Below, one piece after another: positions 39,301 to 48,800 of a stretch of DNA of 64,000 nucleotides. The notes under the pieces were generated by a model. That model made no database searches and had not been told where the DNA came from. It worked only from the letters and a program-made list of their open reading frames with translations. The translations under genes were made by a program, and so were the position numbers. The stretch lies in the IMG/VR virus record IMGVR_UViG_2811995274_000001. One strand, 5' to 3'. Source of the stretch: an uncultured virus (IMG/VR IMGVR_UViG_2811995274_000001). Taxonomy: Duplodnaviria; Heunggongvirae; Uroviricota; Caudoviricetes. Within the stretch, counting starts at the first letter, position 1. Each line of letters starts with the position of its first letter.

Positions 39301-42300
39301 TTGCAAGAAGAATAAATTCCGACTATAAAGATAAATCTTTATATGATGGATATTTTGATAAATGGTCTCATTCATTATTGCCAACGCCTAGTAATCCTTT
39401 TTCTCCAATATTTGCTATATTAGATCCATATTGGCTTGAAGATAAACATGAAGATGATAGACCATATGCTATATCTGGTAATATGTTTGCAGAAGGAACT
39501 CCTTGGGGAGCAATTTTGAATTCTACAATAGGTGAGTATATTAAACCCAAAATAGAATTACATCCATATAGATTAAATAATGGAATTGATTTATATGCTA
39601 TGTTGCATCAAATCAATGATTATATAAAAAATAAAGCTCAAGATTTAAGCGAACAAAATACTTTTAGTTTAAAAGGAAGTTCAATTGAACCAGTACAATC
39701 TGTTAATTATAATTCTATAAACAATAATTCATCTATTTATTCTATCAATATACACAATGATGGGAATAATCATGTTACTATAACAGATAGTACAACTACA
39801 GTTAATAATAATTATAATAGCATACCACAAATTGTTAATAGTAATAATGTTTATTTATCTAATGGATATTACAATACCGTAAATTTAAAACCAATAACAT
39901 TTAATGACTTAGATTCACAAGCAGATGAAGTTTCAGTTAGTGAATATATGCATAATGAGCTATTAGATCAAAATAACAATTATTATCAAAATAATTCAAT
40001 AGTAACTGATAGCAATGGTAATTTAAATATTTTAAAATTTTATAAGCAACATATTAATGAAGACTATTATGATTTCTCTTTAGAAGATTCATTACGATTA
40101 GATAAAGTAATCAATGGAGATAATAGTGGTTTAAAGTCTACATTAATTAATGCTATTGAAAAAATCAATCCATTAGATACAATAAAAAAAATAAATGAAA
40201 ATACTAAAAAAACAGGACTATCTAATAATCAAAATATAGATAATAATGACGATAATGAAAATATATCGGAAGATAAATTAAAATTTTATACTCCTAGTCA
40301 AAATATGGATATATTAAATAATTCGTATGAAATTGCTGAGCTTATAAACGCTAAAAAAGGTTCAGATTTTGTAAAAGATAGCGCAACATCTTTTAGATTA
40401 CTTGCTGGTATGTATGGTTATATTGCAAATTTAACGATTGGATTAGGAGATAATACTGCTAAAACTATTGCTACATCTTCAGATATTAATAGCTTTTCTA
40501 GAACATTTTGGGATATGAATTTAGGTGGAGCTGGTGGAGACGTAATGGAAATTGTACGTCGTGTAATTCCAGACTTTAAAAGAGGAACACGAATAAATCC
40601 ATTAATGAATGAAATGCCAGACTGGCTTCCAGAAAGATTTAAATTTGGAGATCCATTTACATTAATTCCTAAAGGTGAAATGAGATTACCAGGAGCAGGA
40701 TATGAAAGTTTAAATGAATTACATCCAGATATATATGGAGACTATGGTGCATTTGATAGATTTAAAATACTTGCAGATATCGCTCCGTTTACTCCTGAAT
40801 TTAAGCTTTGGAAAAACATTGCTACAAAAACTATTAAAGATCCATCATTAATAGAAGAAATGGATGAAATATTAAACAGAGTTAATCAACAAGGTAAAAA
40901 ACATGATTTTTATGACTATAAAGTGGTTGGTAAAAATTTAAACTATGAAAATGTAGTAGTATCTGAAGTATTAGGATACGGTAAATTTAGATCTGGAGAT
41001 ACCATATATAAGTTAGCAGGAGTACGTGTTAAAGGAAACGATCAAGAAACGGCACAAGATGTATTAAATAAATATATACATGTTGGTGATATAATAACAG
41101 TAGCTACTGATCAAGATATTATAACAGGAACAAATAAAGATAAGGATTCTACCATTAATGCTGCTGTAATAGATGCTAACGGTCAAAATGTAGCTAATTT
41201 AATGTTAGAAAATAATGATGCTGTAAAGAAAAAAGGAGATACCTCTGCTCCAGCAACATTGTTAAATTATTCTCCATTACAAAAAATATTAGCATATGGT
41301 TCAGAAATTATAGCACATACAGATATTCCTTGGATTAGCGATCAGTTTTTAAGAGTAAGAAGTCCTCTAGAGTCTTATTCTGCTGAACAAGTTTATGGAA
41401 CACCATATCAATCATGGTCACATCCAATAAATACCTTTTTACTTCCAGCAATAGAAAGAGCAATTCATGAACCATCTATAATGCCTAAATTCATTTATAA
41501 TCAACTAAAAAACACAAAAAATATACCTAAAAAATTATCAGATGCAATGTTTTTATTTGGAGATAGAGGCGCTTTTATAGGAGCTGCTCTAAGTTCATTG
41601 TTATATCCTAAAAATGGAAAAATGATAATGAAAGGTGCGTCTTTAAGCTCTGATATATTAAATATTTTACGTTTTGCTCATGGTAGTAATGGGTATACTT
41701 CTGAAATATTTTCTGGCGTAGGTTTAGGCTATAATATAGCAAAATTTTTAGAAAAAGACACTAAGATTGGAGCTGTTATTGGTGGTTTAAGTGGATTAGT
41801 ATATAGGGCCATATTAGGAGACACTAATTGGATTCCAGATAGAACAATAAAAAAATGGAACACAGAAGAATATTTTGATAGATTAACTTATCTTAAATAT
41901 ATGGGATTATATCATATAGCGGCAGAAAAAGCTAAAGAAGAAGAAGATATTGATATAGAAAAGTTACAAAAAGATTTAGAGAAACAAGAAGAAATTAGAC
42001 ATGTTCTATCAGATAAATTAGAAAAAATAAAAGAAGCTTTAAATGATACTAAAAATTCTTCTGAAAAAAATAATCTATTAAAACTAGTAAATTCTAAAAT
42101 TAATGCATTGGAACCGCAAGAAACAATAGTTAAAGGTGGAGAATGGACTCATACTGCATTAATCTATAAAAAAGCAGCAGAAAATACTATTACAGCATTA
42201 AAACCTGGTGCTAGTTGGTCTCAAATATTAACTGCATTACCGACTAATGATAGAGAATATTTTATAGAATTTGTAAAAGAACGTAATCCAGAAAAACGAA

Positions 42301-42767
42301 ACGATATTTTAAAGATAGTTTCTCCACAATTAAAAAAAGCATTACTTATATCATGGGGAAAAATTAAAAATATCGATGATGAAGATATAGAAGATGAAAA
42401 TAAAAACTTTTTTAATAATCATTTCTTACCTTCTGAAGCATGGGTAGGATGGCGTCCAGATGTAGATTTAAAAGATATTAAAGTAAAAACAATAGATAAT
42501 GAAGCAATGAATTTATCTGATTTTGGTTTTTACGAATCTCAATTACGAGATCCAAATGTTATAAACGCTACTCCAATTAATATGTATGATAGTAATATAT
42601 CTAATTTAAATAATAACATAAAAAAAATATTAGAAGGACAAGGATTAAAAGATGTTGACGTTAGTATATCAACATCTGCTAATGGAACAGCTACTCAAAT
42701 TATAGCTAATATAGCTACTTTTACAGGATTAAGCGAAATAAATAATATGATTAATAATTCATTTTAA
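36369..42767 (+). CDS. giant tape-measure-position protein with TM-like segments and a degenerate SNase-like domain
   Basis: 2132 aa right after the chaperones; Gly-rich hydrophobic segments; VSEVL..GDTIYKLAGVRV...NGQNVANLMLE. Confidence 0.55.
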   Translation: MDNEKIEKTQNKNDDSFSTRGIVKAAVALAATTAFFYKTGRIKSLSNKLNKGYMLTKDIQRAYDARLSGDVTLSNVKNFYNDIRASRLKRKDEFEQNPIILDVNSNSNFFGYINSLSNIKNKQLSVANKQFIKKYYINPTRQMFDNSISENIDENSRNRFYNYIRDMSYSLGNFEKMSRIRQKYKFKEENKQALIDIDSFLQKQYNDFDNKKSEVIKQVNNQFDELYNKAFDIDKLEKEFGHKKNTFVETLLDDRAATIEDILKNKSKLRKTNIYHKDNDQTFLDDIIDNIEQLRKNIREQHGEEAEKRFLNITPDKKGLRVNSKNELYSIGIIRNIQNDLLNIGANTLPGKILRLRSFEQRNKAPFFMFYEEGTFDPVLASLTNKNNLTNNKYLDSSYYQLGKDLYKVLDNGSLEEVKLKDDLHLISGIYGTEQKLIRQIMGQTRYKESSNSIFNKLDLFQDREEYSGNIIERFKSIFTKFDNPEWRYNKFNKFFNPTNSQKEELTEQYNKRNTDPFSYNYAIQYTNDYNLLNSFFKENIYDINRKSINELNVQSTEAKDYLQIILNSNDDEIIDNLLTYNAERKNDILNKNLEDIINRIYNDKYSAQQSIKLKTDREGSNLSTSIFDIFNTEPNNETASIVNQLKVEITKEAFLQEAKNTVKNSEQQYDYKSIFNMIEGISDNQEKEYAMQLASHTIFENKTGINIFNHDRTSDSLWKEITRVNSILNSSDDETDRIVRENLYNIVKKRVNNLESIPGQGLEDIEDPQELPEWIHIGNTVTPISIINNLNNLTKLKNNTTKSFTQFIAGRDDPGNITTLSLVPYFFVSRLSDDLNKIGLGFSKDSTGSTHELIANFAFKRILPAAIAGTYLEWADDTSQELTGTSISGALANSVANVDLTTRKLFDTIGLTDWLKKEKQINPIMQYWGDHNEFMSYDERKEWYESGYEPVRKGAWWTFGGVNEARGSEISYWQPSFARRINSDYKDKSLYDGYFDKWSHSLLPTPSNPFSPIFAILDPYWLEDKHEDDRPYAISGNMFAEGTPWGAILNSTIGEYIKPKIELHPYRLNNGIDLYAMLHQINDYIKNKAQDLSEQNTFSLKGSSIEPVQSVNYNSINNNSSIYSINIHNDGNNHVTITDSTTTVNNNYNSIPQIVNSNNVYLSNGYYNTVNLKPITFNDLDSQADEVSVSEYMHNELLDQNNNYYQNNSIVTDSNGNLNILKFYKQHINEDYYDFSLEDSLRLDKVINGDNSGLKSTLINAIEKINPLDTIKKINENTKKTGLSNNQNIDNNDDNENISEDKLKFYTPSQNMDILNNSYEIAELINAKKGSDFVKDSATSFRLLAGMYGYIANLTIGLGDNTAKTIATSSDINSFSRTFWDMNLGGAGGDVMEIVRRVIPDFKRGTRINPLMNEMPDWLPERFKFGDPFTLIPKGEMRLPGAGYESLNELHPDIYGDYGAFDRFKILADIAPFTPEFKLWKNIATKTIKDPSLIEEMDEILNRVNQQGKKHDFYDYKVVGKNLNYENVVVSEVLGYGKFRSGDTIYKLAGVRVKGNDQETAQDVLNKYIHVGDIITVATDQDIITGTNKDKDSTINAAVIDANGQNVANLMLENNDAVKKKGDTSAPATLLNYSPLQKILAYGSEIIAHTDIPWISDQFLRVRSPLESYSAEQVYGTPYQSWSHPINTFLLPAIERAIHEPSIMPKFIYNQLKNTKNIPKKLSDAMFLFGDRGAFIGAALSSLLYPKNGKMIMKGASLSSDILNILRFAHGSNGYTSEIFSGVGLGYNIAKFLEKDTKIGAVIGGLSGLVYRAILGDTNWIPDRTIKKWNTEEYFDRLTYLKYMGLYHIAAEKAKEEEDIDIEKLQKDLEKQEEIRHVLSDKLEKIKEALNDTKNSSEKNNLLKLVNSKINALEPQETIVKGGEWTHTALIYKKAAENTITALKPGASWSQILTALPTNDREYFIEFVKERNPEKRNDILKIVSPQLKKALLISWGKIKNIDDEDIEDENKNFFNNHFLPSEAWVGWRPDVDLKDIKVKTIDNEAMNLSDFGFYESQLRDPNVINATPINMYDSNISNLNNNIKKILEGQGLKDVDVSISTSANGTATQIIANIATFTGLSEINNMINNSF

Positions 42768-42805
42768 ATAAAGAGAGAATAGCTAAAACTATTCTCTCTT
42801 TATTT
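42766..42805 (+). terminator. intrinsic terminator
   Basis: perfect 17-bp IR AAATAAAGAGAGAATAG / CTATTCTCTCTTTATTT. Confidence 0.8.
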
Positions 42806-42877
42806 AATTAAATATATCTTATTAAAACTAAAATAACAGTAATGTTTTTATAGAATATATAATTATGGAGGAAATAT

Positions 42878-45800
42878 ATGGATAACATATTTGAACAAGA
42901 TTTACATATACAAGAAGTAAAAAGAAGATATGATCAATTATTAAATACTACAGTAGAAAAAAGTATTTTAGAAAAACAAACAAAAGAAGATAGAATATTA
43001 TATTATTCAAATTATACTAAATGGAAAGAAAAATTCTCTGATGTAATCAATAATTATAAAGAAAAGAATATTTCTGCTATACCATCTATAGCTATTAATA
43101 GGATTAATAATACTGTTAATTTATTTAACACGAGCGGAATTACTATAGTTTCACAAAAAAAATTCAATATAAATAATAATTCTAAAAATATTACTGAATA
43201 TAATAATGTGAATAATTTTTATAAAAAACACGGATATGACATATTTAATGCTATAGAAACTGGACATTCTAAAAATAATAGTATTAAAAATTTAAATTAT
43301 GATTTTGATTTAAGTTATTCTTTTGAAGAAAATAAAAGTGCTATTCCCTCAAAAAGATTAATTGATTCTTTTAATAATATAAATAAAAAAAATAAATTAA
43401 TGGTTTTTGACTTAGAAACTATTAGTGGTACAGACGTAAATAATAAGATAAAGTTAAGCCAAATTACCGATTTTACGTTTAGTCTTTTTGATGCTAAAAC
43501 TAAAAAAGAAATAAAAACTTATTCCGCTATAATAGGTGCAACGTCTGAGCAATATGATGATTATTTAGATATAATAAATAAATTTAGAAAAGCATCAGGA
43601 GAAGTTACTAATTATGAAAAAGTTGCTTTTGAGCGCTTAAAACTTATTGGAGCTTCTGAAATAGATTTTAGCAATATAGACAAAGGAATAGCAAAATTTA
43701 CTAAATTTCCTACAAGCAAAGAAGTTCCTGGTATAGATATTGATTTAGCACAAAAAGGTGCTGATATTTTAAAATATATTGGAGAAAAACAACAAAAATC
43801 TAAATTAGTAAAATATAATAATATTAAAATGTATTCTTGGGAAAAGTCATTATTTGAAGCATTAGATACAGTGATTGATAAAGATATAACTATTGCTGGA
43901 CATAATATTCAAAATTTTGATATACCTATGATTTCAGAAACATTATATTCTAAAATGCATTCTGATGGTGCAAAAGCTTATGTTGCAAAAAAATATCAAA
44001 ATGGTTTTAAACCTAAATACATAGCAGATACTTTGGTAGCAGAACGATTATATGGTAATGATATTCCGATATCCGAAAATCATATAAAAGCTGCTAAAGA
44101 AAACGACTTAACTACTCGTACTCAAGAAGCTTTAGTAAGAGCATTTTTTCCTGATTTCTATGAAGAAAATGGAGCACATTTATCTTCTGTAGACGTTGAA
44201 GCTAATGCAAAACTTATTCTTGAATCAGGAAGATATGATACTTCCGGGAATGATAAAAATAGTATTTTTCCTAAAGGCACAAACACAAAACGTATACAAA
44301 TAAAAGATGGATCTAAACAATTGTTTTTAGCTCCTAAAGGAATGCTTCCTGCGGCTCATAATCTTATTGCTTTTACTAAGGATTTTATTAATAATAACTA
44401 TCATACAAATGATAAATTTTTAATAACTAATAATGATGTTAAAGATGAATTATTTGGACAATCTGCATTACAAAAAGATATAGCGTATACTATTAAAAGT
44501 ATACATAAAATAAATATAGATGATGTAATAAAAGATGATATACGTAAAATCAATCCTAGTTTATACGATAATGAATTATATTCAGTTTCTTTTTTGCCAG
44601 TAATAAATGATACTGAAACTACTGATATTAAATCAAATACACCTATAACATTATTAGGTACTAAAAACAATATTGAGAAATATATCAGTGAATTACGATT
44701 AGTAGCAGAAAAAGATACTAATAATGAATGGAGTACTGAAAATATTCCAGACGAAAATTATCGAAATTTAAAATATATTACAGTACAAAACGGATCTATT
44801 GTAGAAAATGTTATTCCAAAAACATATGATGGTATTCAAACAATTTTAGATCAAAGTACACATGCTGTATTGAACGAATCAGCTGCTAGAAAAATTCGTG
44901 ATACACAATATAGTTGGAATAAAAAAATGATCAAATTGCTTGATGAAATAGATAAATATGTAGAGGCAAATAGTGATGAAAATACATCTGATTATGAAAA
45001 ACGTAAATTAAGAAATGATTTTATAAATAAAGAAATAAAAAAAGCACAAGATATTGAATTAAAAAGAAATAATGGAGAAGCAATCTCTTCACAAGAATAT
45101 GGTGCTTTTCATAAAATATTAGGTTTTCATCCATTAAATGATAAAAATTCTTATAAAGTTTATAGTAACACTATTCATTCGTCTATAAATGCTATAGATT
45201 ATTTTTACGCTAATAGAGATGTAATTAAAACTGCTATAGATTTTACAGAAAATCAAGACATAGATTTAAAAAACACTCAGGAACTAGATAGCACTTTTTC
45301 TTATTTTTATAGAGGATTAATGTCTAAAGCAGAACTAGAAAAAGGACCAGAAGCTATAGGAAAAATTAATACTGCTTTACCTTATTCTGATTATCAATTT
45401 GAAATAGATTTAAATGGATATAAAGGACGAACTTTTGATGACAATATTTTAAAAGTAGATTTAAATAATCCTAATGCTGGATATAATTTAATAAACAATC
45501 TTTTTAGTAAACAAGGAATCAAAAAGATTTCTAAAATTACAGAAGAAAGCAAAGTAGCAGAGTTAAAAAGATTTCAAGATTTTTTATTTAAAAACAATAA
45601 AAAAATAGATTCTAATTTTGATAATACTGAACCAAGTATACGAATCAATAAGTTTAATGACTATTTACGTATAGATCCATCAAAAGATAATTTATCAACT
45701 TCTATAGATAAAATAATTTATAATTTAAAAAAAATAAAAGAAATAAACCCATTAAGTGGTATAATTTCTGATTCAGTACATTATGATGTAATTAATCCTA

Positions 45801-48800
45801 CATATAAAAATTTTGGATTAAGTAAAGAAGAAATATATTCTTCTGCGTTATTACTAGAAAAAGAAAAACCTAATTTTAAAACAAATAAAGATTTTCCATT
45901 ACAATATCATGTAAATAATATAGTAGATAATATTATTTTTCAAAAAATAGCTGATTCTCCAGAAAAAGAAATTGAAGAAATTGCTAATAGAACTAAATTT
46001 AATAAAGAACAAGCTAGTGCTTTACATAGAATTAGAAACATTAAACGTGAAGAAACAAAAGATTTATTTAATTTTTTGTTAGGTGCAGTAGTCAATGCTG
46101 GTGGAGAATTTAAATATGATATAAATAATAAAACTCTTCACATTAAAGAAAAAGATAATTGGATAAAAATAGATGATATTTTTAAAGATGTAATCACTGA
46201 TAGCGGAATGATGTATATGCAAATTGGCAACACTCAAACCGCATCTCCGTATGGATATTATTTACTAGGTTATAATGAAACTACTAAACGATTAAGTGCT
46301 AATACTAGAATTGCATACGCTAAAGATTCTATAGGTTGGGCTAAAAGTAAAATACTAGAAGCAGCTACAGATCCTAATTCTGAAGAAACAATAGCTAGTG
46401 AATTTCAGAGAGCTATAAAGAAATTTAATCAAGTATTAAGACAAGCTTCATCAAATTCTAAAGAAGATATGCAAGACATGAAAATGGCTTCTTGGTTTGA
46501 TGTTGAAGGTTTATGGAAAACGTTACCAGATATGTATCAAAAAGGCTTTTTAAATAATTTTAAAGAGCTAGAAACTATCCCTGGAACAGATAAAATAAAT
46601 AATTTAAGTTTAAAAAATATTTTTCATGAATTTTTAGAAGAATATTCTAATAAAGAAGTAGATGTCGATAATTTAGATAATAAATATATTGTAGCCATAA
46701 ATGAATACTTGCCTAATATAATACAAAACGGCATAGTTGATGATTATATAGAAACACATAATCTTACTAATTCTACATATTTACATGCCAATACAGCAGA
46801 TGAGTATGTAAAATCAAATTTAGTTGCAGTAAACAAAAAGAGCGCAAATGCCATATTAAGTTTTAATGAAAATTATAATTATGGTGAAAGAGAAGGTATT
46901 TTATCTCGTGGAATAAATAATCAGATCGCTAGAGCTAAAAGTTTTAATGCTGATTATGTTGAACAACAAATATCTTCTGGAGAATTAAATGATGTTCAAA
47001 TTGGTTCTCCTATTGAAACAGAGCATAGATCTTTACAAAAAACTAATAAACATGGCTTAATCTATAAAATTAATGATACAGTAATGGCTAGAAGGTTAAA
47101 TGTTACAACAGGAGATCTTCGTTTAATACTTGAACATAGTGATTTAGACGAACAAACAATGGATTTCTTTAGCACAATAACTACCAACGAAGGTTCTTCT
47201 GCTATTACTCCACAGTTAGCTTCTTACGCATTTTCTAGTAGAGATTCTATTCAAAAAATAAATATTAATAAATTATTAGAGGAAAATGGAGAATTTTTAC
47301 AAAGATTAAATGAACGTAATAATATAACTCCTACTTTATCTATCAAAGATGGAAAAATTGTTTTTAATTATTCTAACGGACTATTCGTTCAAGAAGGAGA
47401 ACAATTAGCATATATAAAAGGATGGCAAGAAGCTCAAGATGATATTGCTTCAAAAAGAGATGGCATACTAAAATATGGTATTTTCTCTTCAAACTCTATG
47501 CTTGTAGACGAGAAAAGTATAGAAACACTTTTAAATAAAGGTATTACAAAAGAACAAAAAGATTTATTAACTAACTATTTATTAGAGTCTCAAAATAATA
47601 AAAAAGACTTAAATGTTTCTTCTATTAGAGCATGGAATTTATTCCAACAAATCCTTAAAGATAATAATTTTAATTCATATTTATACGTAGATTCAATAGA
47701 TATGTCCGCCAATATTAAAATAGCCCAAATGGAAAAAGAAAAAGGCATGGCAAAAGTAATTGCTCCATCTATTGGTTCGTTAAATACTAACATAAAAAAT
47801 GTTATAGAAGAATTAGTTGGAAAAGGATCTAGCGTAGAGGTTAAAAACGGTAAAATAGTTAAAAGATATGGTGCCGATAATATTTTACATCTTATACCTA
47901 ATAGAAGCATTATAGATTCTATAATTACTAGTGATTCTATAGCTGATTCTATGTTTGGTAAAGTCTTAAGTGGATATAATAAAGATAAAAAACAACTAAC
48001 CGATAACGAAATTATTGATTCACTTAAACGAAATGGATTTAATGATAAAACTGATTTTTATAATGCTATTTTAGAAGAACAAAATTATTATTCAAATGAA
48101 TTAAATAGAATTTTAAGACAAGCCGGTATTACAAAAAATAATGAATGGATTAATGTTATTGGACATACTAATGCTGAAGTATTAAAACATCAAGATACAG
48201 ATTTTGCTAAAAATGCTATATCTCAACTATTGTCTGAAGACAATTCAATAGAAAATAAACAAAGAATAGTTGAAGAATTAAGTAGTTCTGTTATAGGAAT
48301 ACATCTAGATGATAATAATAATATAGTTGTTCCCGATAGTTCGTATCACAATGTAGAAGAATTAAATAAAGCAATTAATAAATTATTAATTGACGATAAT
48401 GGAAAATTTGTAACAGATAGAGTATTTTATTATAACGATAAAAATATGATATCTGAACAAGAATATAATCAATTATCTGATGATGAGAAAAAGCAATATA
48501 AATCTAATATAAATGAAGTAGATTTTATTCCTGTACGTCAATTACCAAACTATGATAAAGAACGTGTAAAAGCTGTAGATGATGCTTACGGAAAATCTAC
48601 GTATTTAACAGATAGACATTTAGAGATATTATCTAAAAGAAGATATGATGATAATACATTAAATATATTACATAAACGTTTAATAGACGAATTTGGAGAA
48701 AATGAAGGAAATAAAAAATATAACAAACTATATGGTAATATAAAAAATAATGATTATATATTTAAAGAATTGATTAGTAGTTTAAAAAATAAACGCTATA

